A DNA stretch of 64,000 nt from a virus. This document shows positions 38,531 to 48,172 of this stretch, in pieces. The stretch is taken from IMG/VR virus record IMGVR_UViG_3300027974_000023, positions 32,001 through 96,000 of that record; one strand, given 5' to 3'. Made by a program: the position numbers and the translations under genes. A model generated the notes under the pieces. It ran no database searches, was not told where the DNA came from, and saw only the letters and a list, made by a program, of their open reading frames with translations. How positions within the stretch are numbered: position 1 is the first letter of the stretch; every line of letters begins with the position of its first letter.

Positions 38531-39799
38531 TTAAAAAGTCCTTCTGAATATGTTAGTATTCTGTCTGGATATTGTTTTTGGTTTATTAGCAGAAGGTCTG
38601 TTTTCTTCTAATGAACCTGTGTTTGTAGAAGAGCTAGATAATTTTCTAGATTCTTCTGTTTTCAAAGTTCTTACTGTTTTTTCTACAGTTTCTTTAGAAC
38701 CTTGTTCTCTAATTTTTGATTCAAATCCTTCTGGATCTTGAAGCAACCAAAGAGCTTTAGCAATCAATCCATGGTTTGGTTCTACAAACTGATACTTTTC
38801 TAACAAGTGTCCAAGTAAATTAGTTTGTTTTCCAGAGATAGAAGGGTAGTTTGGTTGTACCAATCCTGAATAAAGCATGCTTTGAATCTTCTTGTCAAGC
38901 TTAATTCCTCCTAGCTCACCAGTAGCAAGTGTATTATATACATTATCAGTATATGCTTTTGCTTGCTTTTGTTGCTGTTCTTTTTTATGTTCTTGCTCTG
39001 CTAACTGTCTTGCAATAATCTCTTCTTGCATTCTGTCTAGCTTAGGCTTAAACTGATTTGCTTTTTGCTCTAACTTATTCATGTCAGCCCAATCTTGAAT
39101 CTCTGATTCAATTTCTTCTGCTGTACCAAAGTTAGTAGCCCAAAGATATTGTCTAGCAATTTCTTCTTGGTCTCCTTCATTACTAGGATCTAATTGCACA
39201 ATTTCTTCTACATGTGCTAATGATCTGAAAAGACCTTTTAAATCTTGTCCACCATCTGCTACATATTTTGCAGCAATCTGAAGTTCTTCAGGTAAAGAGT
39301 TAAAGAATTCTTTTGGAGTATCCTCCTTAATCTTATTCTCTTTCTCTTGGAAGTTAGCTTCAAATAATTCTCTGAAATCTTTAGTGGTGTATTCTTCTAA
39401 TGGTTTGTCATCATCAAAAGGCATTAAAGACCCTTCTTCAATCATTTTTTGTGCTAAGTCTAAAAGACCACTCTTGTCTACTTTCGATCTACCTTTTCCA
39501 CTGTTGTCTTCTACTTGTGAAATAAGATTGTCAAGTTCTGCAATTGTTTCTTCTGTTTCAGCTTTAGCTTCTTCCTTTTCCTTTCTTTCAGCAGAGGTTA
39601 ATGGATTGTTGTCAAGGAACGAAGTGTCAATGTTCTCCTTTGAGAACATACCTTTTGGTTTTTCTGGTTCTCCATCTTCAGGAAGCATAATGCTTTCTGC
39701 ACCAGGGTTACCAAAAAGCTCATCAATGTTTATGTCTATTTGTCCTACCGCTGTAGTTTCTTGAACATCCTCATTGAGGTTTTTTGTTTCATCAGTCAT
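38531..39799 (-). CDS. Putative scaffolding protein
   Basis: Acidic, coiled-coil rich, between portal and MCP. Confidence 0.6.
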   Translation of the reverse strand: MTDETKNLNEDVQETTAVGQIDINIDELFGNPGAESIMLPEDGEPEKPKGMFSKENIDTSFLDNNPLTSAERKEKEEAKAETEETIAELDNLISQVEDNSGKGRSKVDKSGLLDLAQKMIEEGSLMPFDDDKPLEEYTTKDFRELFEANFQEKENKIKEDTPKEFFNSLPEELQIAAKYVADGGQDLKGLFRSLAHVEEIVQLDPSNEGDQEEIARQYLWATNFGTAEEIESEIQDWADMNKLEQKANQFKPKLDRMQEEIIARQLAEQEHKKEQQQKQAKAYTDNVYNTLATGELGGIKLDKKIQSMLYSGLVQPNYPSISGKQTNLLGHLLEKYQFVEPNHGLIAKALWLLQDPEGFESKIREQGSKETVEKTVRTLKTEESRKLSSSSTNTGSLEENRPSANKPKTISRQNTNIFRRTF

Positions 39800-39905
39800 C
39801 TTTGTTGGTTTTGGTTTATAATTTAATATACTAATTAAACTTGATAAATTTAAAGCAGCTTATAAAATTTTTCACACTATATAGCTAAGTATTATTCTTT
39901 TCTTC

Positions 39906-40244
39906 TTATAAATATTTAAAATAATGACCTTTTGTTAAACCTGATTTAGATTTACCTTTACACACTCTTGTTATATGTGTAGGTTCAATTTTAAAAAACC
40001 TTGCTGCTTCAGTAACACTTTTAAATTCAAATAATACTACACCTTCCTTAGTTATATTACAAACAGGTTTTTTATCTTTTAATGAAAGATGTTTAATCCA
40101 ACTATTTACTTTAGTAAGTCTTATAGATCTTTTCCATTGGTAAATATGTTGATTATACCTGTTTTGAGGTTTCACATTAGTTTTACCAACATATCTTACT
40201 TTATCAGTTTCAGGATCTACTAAAGTATAAATATAAGTTATCAT
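39906..40244 (-). pseudogene. Internally deleted GIY-YIG/NUMOD1 homing endonuclease
   Basis: YIY.L.DP...RYVGKT...R..QH joined almost directly to a NUMOD1 HTH (EFKSVTEAARF). Only 112 aa, and the catalytic Glu/Asn half appears missing. Confidence 0.65.
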
Positions 40245-42982
40245 ATTTTTTTATCTGCTTTTAATTCACTTTTTGTTTTATTTTCTCTTGCAACCTGCAA
40301 TTGTTTATCTGCTATTTCTCTTTGAGCTTGGATCTTTTCTCTTTCAATTTGAGCTTTCTGAGAATCATTATTCATTCTATTAGTTTCCTTTTCTCTCTGT
40401 AAGTTTGTTTGATCTTGAAACTCTTCAGTAGCTCTGATCTCTTTCATAGCATCTAAGAAGTCTGATTGTTTATTTTCATTAACATCAGTCATAGCACCCA
40501 TACCTGCCGCGCGTATTTCAGCAACAAGAATATCTTTTTGTCTATTTTTCTCATCTCTCAATTCAGCTGCATCAAGTTCCATTTTCTTTTGTTTCTCTTG
40601 AGAATCAAGTTGTTGCTGTTGCATTTCTTGTTGATGTTGTTGCTCCTCTTGTTTTTGCTTGTTCATTTTTTCTTCAGCAGCTTTAAGTGTACCTGTAACT
40701 TCAGATATACTATCAGCTTGAACAATTTTACCAAGATCAAAGATTGTTGCTCCAGTTGTATTGTTTGTTAAAGCCATTTGTTTCAATTGCTCTAATACAG
40801 CTCTGTTATTTGCATTTGTACTACAGAAGATATTAAGATCTCTCATTAATAAATCAGTACCATTTATTTCAAAATTTACTTTTTCATCCTGAGATGTCAT
40901 GTATGTAAGTCTTGCAGATGGTTTTGTTGAATTATAGTATTGAGCTAAGTCAGTTCTCATCTGGTGTACTCTTGGCATTAAGTAATCACAGTGCTGCATG
41001 AAGAACATCTCAGTTTGTGCATAAGAAGCACTCTTAGCCTGTTCTACACCTGTAGCTGTAGTTTGTGTTAACTCTTGTCCTAATCTTTGAGGGTTGATAC
41101 CAATTACTTCATAAGCTTGTTGTTTAAAGTGCTCTGCTAATTTGATTCTTGACATTAGCCTTTCTGTTTGTGAAAGATCTAATTTCTGAAAGTGCTGGAA
41201 GTTAAGAGGGTTTTCTGTATTGCTTATTGAGGTATCCAAAGGAAGCATCTGGAAATTCTTCATTGCCACATATGCTTTTGATAAATTGTTCTTACCCCAG
41301 TCTTCACCCATTGAGTGTCTTGGTAGTGAATTCTGATCAAGTAAAATTACTGTTCCTAACTCATCAACTAGTATATCAGCAATCTGATTGTTTACAATGT
41401 TGTATCCAATCTGGTATGGCTTCATTAAGTCTAACAAAGCTGTTGACTTAGTATTTCTATCAGAGAATACTGCTCCTTCTACAGGAAGCTTGCATCCATA
41501 CAAACTGTTATCACCTTTAAATTGAAACTTTAATGGACCAATATGATTCTTATCTGTACCAATATAGATTGGAGAGAAACCTCCAGGATTGTTCATACCC
41601 CAGAATGAAGGAATATTTGGACCAATTTTAACACCACCCCAAACTTCATTAATCCAAATCCAGTCAATATGTTCTCCAAAAAGCAAAGTGTCTTTTGTTT
41701 TGTTTTTGAATAATCTATTATCATAGATTGGTTTATCAGTAATCTTGTAATCTTCTGTTACTATTTCATTGATCACCTCACCGCTTTCAGCAATTTTTGT
41801 AAGATGTCCAATTTTTCTTTGAGACTTCCAGTACGCTGTAGTTACTCTCAATAAGTAAGCTGTACCTTGATCATAATAATCTTCTCCTTCAGAAAGTATT
41901 TGGTTAACAATATCTCCACCATCATAAACTGAACCAGCCATCATACTAGTATACTGTCTGTATGCTAATGAAGGCATGTTAGTATTCCATTCATGAGACT
42001 TAGTAGCATCATAGAATGTACCATCATTTTGCCCTCCAATAGTATAACCTGCAGATCTGATTGGATAAATTGCTTCAAGACCTTCATGCTGTTCTTCTGT
42101 CAACATGTAACCATACTTATCAATAACATCAGCTACGGTGAGCATATCCACTTTACCAACCCAGTTACCTTGTGAAATGTATCTTGCATCAGGAGATTTG
42201 TGGTAGAAAGTTACTGGAGGATTCCAAAGTTCAACTTCATAATCATCTTCCATCATTCTCATGTGCCAAAATTCTCTGTCTGTAATAAGCATATCTCTGA
42301 ATCCTCTTTCTTCAAGCTCATCCATATGAAATCTTTCACTATCCACTTGATGTTGATGTATAGCCCATTGTTCTATCATGGATCTATAATCTTTCTGCAT
42401 ATATTTTTCAATCTCAGGAAGAGACTTTAAATTTTCAGGAGACAATTGTTGTTGTGCTTCTTCTGATTCAGGATCTAAACCTTGCTCAAGCATTGCTGCT
42501 TGAATTTTCATTTTAGCATCATCCATTAATGTATCCTCAACTAGCTTTCTTTTTTGCTCTAACATTTCATTATAGGAGAATTCATCAATACCTCTGTATG
42601 AAAGTTTGGTAGTTCTTTTTGCAAATTCAGCTACTAGAACATTAATAACATTTGGGATAATAGGATAGAACTTTAATTCAAGTGCAGACCAGTCTTCTCT
42701 AGTTAATACATCAACAATATCTTTCATCTCATTGTTTTCTTCAACTATATAGTCAGACTTATCAATAATACCTTTAGCCAACTTATAGTTTTTCATAAGT
42801 CTGCGGGCATTTCTACGGATCTGTTTCAGTCCATTCCATTCTAACCAATCCAAGCACCATGCTGCCCACTCCTCATCCTTTTCAACACGTAGTATAAATT
42901 GAAGTGGTTGGGTGATTGAACCCATTCTATTATGAGATGCTTTAGCTCCCTTTTTGAGTTGCAAACTATTATATACTTGCAT
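40241..42982 (-). CDS. Portal protein
   Basis: 913 aa, follows the terminase. YPIIPN, MKPYQ..YN, GI..QR.G motifs and a Gln-rich coiled-coil C-terminus as in crAss-like portals. Confidence 0.85.
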   Translation of the reverse strand: MQVYNSLQLKKGAKASHNRMGSITQPLQFILRVEKDEEWAAWCLDWLEWNGLKQIRRNARRLMKNYKLAKGIIDKSDYIVEENNEMKDIVDVLTREDWSALELKFYPIIPNVINVLVAEFAKRTTKLSYRGIDEFSYNEMLEQKRKLVEDTLMDDAKMKIQAAMLEQGLDPESEEAQQQLSPENLKSLPEIEKYMQKDYRSMIEQWAIHQHQVDSERFHMDELEERGFRDMLITDREFWHMRMMEDDYEVELWNPPVTFYHKSPDARYISQGNWVGKVDMLTVADVIDKYGYMLTEEQHEGLEAIYPIRSAGYTIGGQNDGTFYDATKSHEWNTNMPSLAYRQYTSMMAGSVYDGGDIVNQILSEGEDYYDQGTAYLLRVTTAYWKSQRKIGHLTKIAESGEVINEIVTEDYKITDKPIYDNRLFKNKTKDTLLFGEHIDWIWINEVWGGVKIGPNIPSFWGMNNPGGFSPIYIGTDKNHIGPLKFQFKGDNSLYGCKLPVEGAVFSDRNTKSTALLDLMKPYQIGYNIVNNQIADILVDELGTVILLDQNSLPRHSMGEDWGKNNLSKAYVAMKNFQMLPLDTSISNTENPLNFQHFQKLDLSQTERLMSRIKLAEHFKQQAYEVIGINPQRLGQELTQTTATGVEQAKSASYAQTEMFFMQHCDYLMPRVHQMRTDLAQYYNSTKPSARLTYMTSQDEKVNFEINGTDLLMRDLNIFCSTNANNRAVLEQLKQMALTNNTTGATIFDLGKIVQADSISEVTGTLKAAEEKMNKQKQEEQQHQQEMQQQQLDSQEKQKKMELDAAELRDEKNRQKDILVAEIRAAGMGAMTDVNENKQSDFLDAMKEIRATEEFQDQTNLQREKETNRMNNDSQKAQIEREKIQAQREIADKQLQVARENKTKSELKADKKI

Positions 42983-42983
42983 A

Positions 42984-43661
42984 TTATAAAAATTTTAAAT
43001 TAAATTTATTTTGTTTAATTAATCTTGTCATGTGTGATGGTGACTTTTTAAATACCAAAGCTACATCTTTGATTGAATCATAGATAACATTATTTTTTAA
43101 ATCAATAACTTTTTTCTTTAAAAATTGAATTCTATGACTAATTTGATTCTCGCTTTGTTTTTTACCTAACTGAGTGTTTCTATTTATCTCTTTATGCCAG
43201 TTAGGTATTTTTTTACCATAGTTAGGATTATTTACACCACTCATTAATAAAGACATTGCTTGTTTTCTTTCAGGTGTGATTTTTTTACCATACATTGGAT
43301 TTTTACTACCTAATCTAGATATGGATATTTTATTTCTTGTTTCATTGCTTATATTGCAAACTCCTTCACCACCATCAGTTAAATTAACAAGTGTACCCTT
43401 ACCTATATCTTTTCTTCCATATAGAGCAATAAACTCAATTTCTTTAGAAACACATTCTTCTTTTGTCAAGTCTTCTAAAACTATTTTAATTTTATATTCA
43501 GGATTATTTTTAACAATATTCAACCAATAATTATTTCTACCAGTTTTATGATAGGCTCTATTATATTTCCATTTTTTTTGATATTTACCTATACCGATAT
43601 AAAAAACCTCATTTTTATCAGGTCTTATATGTCTGTATATATAGTATACATTTTCTTGCAT
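42984..43661 (-). CDS. Free-standing GIY-YIG homing endonuclease (NUMOD3)
   Basis: YIYRH...FYIGIG, L.NLTDGGEG, NPMYGK/NPNYGK repeats. Confidence 0.9.
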   Translation of the reverse strand: MQENVYYIYRHIRPDKNEVFYIGIGKYQKKWKYNRAYHKTGRNNYWLNIVKNNPEYKIKIVLEDLTKEECVSKEIEFIALYGRKDIGKGTLVNLTDGGEGVCNISNETRNKISISRLGSKNPMYGKKITPERKQAMSLLMSGVNNPNYGKKIPNWHKEINRNTQLGKKQSENQISHRIQFLKKKVIDLKNNVIYDSIKDVALVFKKSPSHMTRLIKQNKFNLKFL

Positions 43662-43663
43662 AA

Positions 43664-46600
43664 CTATCTTATATTTTTAAATGGAGATCTATTTATATTC
43701 TTTCCTCCTGATGAACTACCTGCACTCCTACCCATGTGACGGAAAGGACTACTACTTAATTTATACAAATTTTCTGACTTTTGCAAGTTTTTAGCCGTAT
43801 CATCCATGATAACTCTTTTACTATAACCTCTATTAGCTTGCTGAATTCTCATGAAAGCAACCATTGCACAGAAGGCAACAAGTCTATCCACATTGACTCC
43901 ATCTGAGTATGCAGCCATTTCTTTTAATAACATAATGTCTGGTATTCTTTCAATACCATATTTAGTTCTTACAATAGTACCATCAGATTTAGTTTCTACA
44001 TCAAGTTCTTCTTTAGTGTACTCAATAGCATAACTTAGTAAGTGAGCTTTAAATAATGTTCCAGTATTCTTCCAACCATACTCCTGATACACTGAATTAT
44101 TAGATCCCAGGTCTTTTAAGAACATTATTTGACTTTTTGGTACTAAGTACTTCTGCTTCTTTCTAGAGATCATATACTGAATAAATAATGAGATGTTATT
44201 CTCAATTACTGTCCAGGCATTATACCACTCAATAATTGTCTCCAGTCTTTGGTGTGTTTTGTTAATATCATCAAACCTTCCGCACCATGCAGCTACAATC
44301 TTATCTGGTTCTATGTATGTTTCAGTTTCTATACCGGTAACCTTTGTTACTTCTACAGGAGCTTTCATAATATAGATAGAACATAATGATTCAGATGTGG
44401 TTGTATTATGTGTAACCAAAGCATGTTCTGTAACATAAAGATTATCTGGTGCATCAACTGATATACAAATCGCTTCTCCATCATTAATGCATTCTATATT
44501 TGTTATGTATCTGCTAAATACTTTTGATGGTTTGTATATATCTCTTTTTCTTTTCAATCTAAAAGGTGTCAAGCCTTCAGGTAATAAAACTCTTACAATA
44601 TATGAATTTAGATGAGTTGTTTTTTTACATCTTATTTTTGCTATTCCTCCAAGTGATTGTACTAATTCAACAACTTGATAAGCCATTATTTTTGATGATG
44701 AATAAAATTCAGCACCATGATTTGAATAAGAACCATCTGTATCCATTAAACCTTGCAATAAAAGAAATCTTGAGTATATAGTTGAATACATATATTGATG
44801 AGGTATATGTTTATCTTCAGATCTTCTACCTTTTAAATCTAAGGCTTTTAATTTTTGTGTTAATGAATTTCTTGAACCAGTTTTTTTTACAATTGTATAA
44901 TCACAATTTGAATTTTTTACTTTTTTTATTAATAGATCATCATCTAACAGGTGTTCAATATAAGTAATTAATTCTTCATCAACTGTACTAAATCTAATAG
45001 ATTTTTGTGATAACCCTCCATCACCTAAAAGTAAACCTAACAAGTAAGGATGAATAGATAACTTTGCTGAACCCTTAAAGAAAACTGGTTTAGTAATAGG
45101 GATAGACCATTTATTTCTATTTTGCTTATCCTTATAATAAGTAGAAATTGTGTATTCTTTTTTAATATTTTTACCCGTGCCTGTATAAGTAATTGTTTTA
45201 GTATTGTCTAATAAATCTTTTACAGAAAGAGTAATGTATCCTTTTGTACCACCATTCAATTTTACATTCCATAAGTGATCTTCACATACTTTAATACTGT
45301 GTCCATCACTAAATGTAATTTTACATAATTCTTTAATACCTTGAGGATATACACCAATTACATTTATAGGTTGACCATCAGAACCAATCACTTTATCTCC
45401 TATTTGTATATCACCTATTCTTTTTCTACCTGTTGGTGTATATAACATATTATCAACATATTCAGCTTTACCCTCAGCTACGGGGTCAATACTTGCATAG
45501 TACATTCCAAATGTAGGATTCTCTACTGGTCTTTCCCATACTACAAGAACTCCTGTTTTATCTTCAGTATTTTTTGTAATTGGAAATTCTATAATAGGTC
45601 TTTTGTTACTGTGCTCAGGAAGTATTTTACCGTTGGCATCTCTGCCTAAATCTAAGAATTCATAAGCATATTCTTTATCTTCAATTCTTCTTTGTTGTGC
45701 TGTTACAAGATGCATTGGGAACTTAGATATAGTTCTGTTAGCAAAAGCTTCTTCAATATTTCTTGGGTGCTGAGAGATCCTTAACTGGTAAGTTTCTGGA
45801 GCAAGTTCTTTTTTCCATTTTTCAAACTGATCATCTAATGCTTCTAAGGCTTCTGCTACTTGAGAATTACCAAAGTTATCAATATAGGGAGGCATAGACC
45901 ATTGCTCAGGTATGAATAACCCGGATCTTCCTACAGAACCTTTATTATCTAATAAGTCTGTTTCTACAGAATAGATATCATTTTCTTTTGGATACAGAAT
46001 CATTTTTCTCAATGGTTCACACTGAGACAAATCCCCTACGGATCCTGCTGCTATAAATACACCAGTAGTAGTTAAACCAGATCTCATGGCTGGGCGCATG
46101 TACTCATAAGTATTATCCATCCTTGGAGCAATCCCTGCTTCTTCATGAAAGAAGTATTTAACCGGACCCCCTACACCATTTGTTGGATCTTTTTCAAATG
46201 ACATACCTTGGATAGTACCTTTAAGACCTACTTCTGTTTTTCTGTCTCCTCTTCTTACCTCAATCTTCTGTTGCCACATCATTACCTTGTCTGGAGACAT
46301 AGGTCTATACCATGCTGTATGTTCATTAAGAAAAGCCGCGTACTCTTGTAAAAACTTCCAGGAACCTTTCTCATTAATGTAGTCTTTAAGACTAGCACCA
46401 ATCTTTAGAGTAACCCCTTCTTCAAACCATTGTTGGTTAAGAAGCTTAGCCATGTGATAATAAGAAGAAGCTATCTGTCTTTTTTTAAGAATGGCAATAT
46501 GATTATAGTTTAGTTCTGCTAGTATCTCATATAGAGCCATGTGATATTGAGCATCCCGGATATCAGCAAAACCAAACTTTTGAATTTCTTTGTTAAAGAT

Positions 46601-46939
46601 AGGTAAGAAGTTTAACCACATATAGTAATCTCTAGTCATATACCACACCTTACCTTTTTCTTTAATAAGAACACCTCTTCTGCATTTTGCTTTTTGGTCA
46701 TCCCAATAACTTATAAAATCTTTAGATTTAAAAGGAGCTGTACAGTAAACTTTGTCTTTATTAAACTTTGCAGACTCTTGTGTAAATAAACTTGTAGTAG
46801 TATCATTAAACTCATACTTACCAGGTTCTTTAAAAACATTGGTTAGCAAGTATTCATATAATTCTTCTCTGGAATTAAAGTCAGTAGAAGTCCATGTACC
46901 ATTATCCCATGTAGGTATGTCTTGATATATTTCTCTCAT
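43664..46939 (-). CDS. terL: Terminase large subunit (intein-containing)
   Basis: LKKRQIASS Walker A variant, FFHEEAG Walker B, SIDP nuclease motif, IENN and NVDRL. Confidence 0.92.
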   Translation of the reverse strand: MREIYQDIPTWDNGTWTSTDFNSREELYEYLLTNVFKEPGKYEFNDTTTSLFTQESAKFNKDKVYCTAPFKSKDFISYWDDQKAKCRRGVLIKEKGKVWYMTRDYYMWLNFLPIFNKEIQKFGFADIRDAQYHMALYEILAELNYNHIAILKKRQIASSYYHMAKLLNQQWFEEGVTLKIGASLKDYINEKGSWKFLQEYAAFLNEHTAWYRPMSPDKVMMWQQKIEVRRGDRKTEVGLKGTIQGMSFEKDPTNGVGGPVKYFFHEEAGIAPRMDNTYEYMRPAMRSGLTTTGVFIAAGSVGDLSQCEPLRKMILYPKENDIYSVETDLLDNKGSVGRSGLFIPEQWSMPPYIDNFGNSQVAEALEALDDQFEKWKKELAPETYQLRISQHPRNIEEAFANRTISKFPMHLVTAQQRRIEDKEYAYEFLDLGRDANGKILPEHSNKRPIIEFPITKNTEDKTGVLVVWERPVENPTFGMYYASIDPVAEGKAEYVDNMLYTPTGRKRIGDIQIGDKVIGSDGQPINVIGVYPQGIKELCKITFSDGHSIKVCEDHLWNVKLNGGTKGYITLSVKDLLDNTKTITYTGTGKNIKKEYTISTYYKDKQNRNKWSIPITKPVFFKGSAKLSIHPYLLGLLLGDGGLSQKSIRFSTVDEELITYIEHLLDDDLLIKKVKNSNCDYTIVKKTGSRNSLTQKLKALDLKGRRSEDKHIPHQYMYSTIYSRFLLLQGLMDTDGSYSNHGAEFYSSSKIMAYQVVELVQSLGGIAKIRCKKTTHLNSYIVRVLLPEGLTPFRLKRKRDIYKPSKVFSRYITNIECINDGEAICISVDAPDNLYVTEHALVTHNTTTSESLCSIYIMKAPVEVTKVTGIETETYIEPDKIVAAWCGRFDDINKTHQRLETIIEWYNAWTVIENNISLFIQYMISRKKQKYLVPKSQIMFLKDLGSNNSVYQEYGWKNTGTLFKAHLLSYAIEYTKEELDVETKSDGTIVRTKYGIERIPDIMLLKEMAAYSDGVNVDRLVAFCAMVAFMRIQQANRGYSKRVIMDDTAKNLQKSENLYKLSSSPFRHMGRSAGSSSGGKNINRSPFKNIR
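44405..45466 (-). mobile_element. Class 3 intein (354 aa) with LAGLIDADG endonuclease in TerL
   Basis: Begins with Ala (GK|AEYVD), ends THN|T. Block B CEDHLW, block F AICISV. LLGLLLGDG and LQGLMDTDG motifs. Confidence 0.9.
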
Positions 46940-47634
46940 ATATTTATTCTTTTATAATGAAACCACTCAGGAGGATTAGTAGAACCATTTAAATATCTTC
47001 TAACTGTACTAAATGGAATATTAATATATTCTGATAACTCTTTACCTGAAGCAAATATAGTTTTTGTTATAGAACATATAATAGGTTTAGCATTATAATG
47101 TTTACCACCACTTGTAGATTGTTTAATTTTTAATTTAGTATTTTCACTTAACAGCTTGCCTTTTCTATATTCACTTAATTTAAGTTTAGAATTTTCATTA
47201 TGATGTTTACCTAACCATCTTGTATTACCTTTAGCTTTTATAGAAATTCTTTCTTTTGTTTTTTCAGTATGCTTTTTTCCATAAAAAGGATTATTCAAAC
47301 CTTTTGAAAAAACAATATAAGTTTTTCTTAAAGATTCATAAGTTTTTGAAGAAGGTTTATATCTTACATTTTGTTTTGTAATCACCATGCTCCACAAAGC
47401 TTTTTGCATTGCTGAAGAATTTGGATAAATTTTAGTTAACAATAAATGTGCAATATAATGTTCTTTGGGGGTTAATAAAACAATATTAGGATGATTTGTA
47501 TTTCTACAATCACCTTCACCACCAAAAGATTTAGGTTTAATATGATGTGCTTCAAAATAAGCTAAATCAGATTTATTTCTATTTTCTGATTTAGCTTTTA
47601 ACATTAAATTGTAATATACTTGTCTATAGTCCAT
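46936..47634 (-). CDS. Free-standing HNH homing endonuclease (NUMOD3)
   Basis: EAHHIKPKSFGG...N.V.LTPKEH..AH.LL, then GKKHTEKTK repeats. Confidence 0.9.
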   Translation of the reverse strand: MDYRQVYYNLMLKAKSENRNKSDLAYFEAHHIKPKSFGGEGDCRNTNHPNIVLLTPKEHYIAHLLLTKIYPNSSAMQKALWSMVITKQNVRYKPSSKTYESLRKTYIVFSKGLNNPFYGKKHTEKTKERISIKAKGNTRWLGKHHNENSKLKLSEYRKGKLLSENTKLKIKQSTSGGKHYNAKPIICSITKTIFASGKELSEYINIPFSTVRRYLNGSTNPPEWFHYKRINI

Positions 47635-47655
47635 AACTGTTTGATTAACAAAATA

Positions 47656-48171
47656 TTACTGGTCGTACCCCAATCCAATTCCACCTCTTACTTTGCTGGA
47701 TTGTTCTTCTTGTAAGTCTTTATATACTCCTTTAAATGAAGCTCTGATATCATTGAAACTTTTTGCAGCGGCAATAATAGAGTTCATATTACCGTCCCTA
47801 CCTGTTGTAAGAGTTGATGTTTCCATAAACTTTGCTAATCTATCTAACATAGTTGCAATACCTTTATATGCTCTGGATGTTGGTGTTTCATACATTCTTT
47901 GACAAAATAACAAACCAATAGCAATGTCATCATCCTCTGTAGAAAACTCAGCTTGTATTTCATGAAGAATTATAGATTCTTTATCTATTTCCGGAGTATG
48001 AAAAAATGGATTCATATCTGGATTAGGACAAGTCATGTAAAAAAAATACTGATAAATCTTTAAGTAATCATCCGGATAATTATCCATGATATCTTTTAAA
48101 GCTTTCAGTGTATAACAATGCTCTGTAGGAATTACTGCACCATTTTGTACATCAAATAATCTTACTAACAT
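47656..48171 (-). CDS. Conserved protein upstream of TerL (possible small terminase)
   Basis: Helical C-terminus ending ..RGG...YDQ. Position. Confidence 0.45.
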   Translation of the reverse strand: MLVRLFDVQNGAVIPTEHCYTLKALKDIMDNYPDDYLKIYQYFFYMTCPNPDMNPFFHTPEIDKESIILHEIQAEFSTEDDDIAIGLLFCQRMYETPTSRAYKGIATMLDRLAKFMETSTLTTGRDGNMNSIIAAAKSFNDIRASFKGVYKDLQEEQSSKVRGGIGLGYDQ

Positions 48172-48172
48172 A

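Noticed and set aside
35975-47634. Group I introns housing the endonucleases
   Set aside because: Flanking genes are complete ORFs, and the spacers are too short to hold a ribozyme core.
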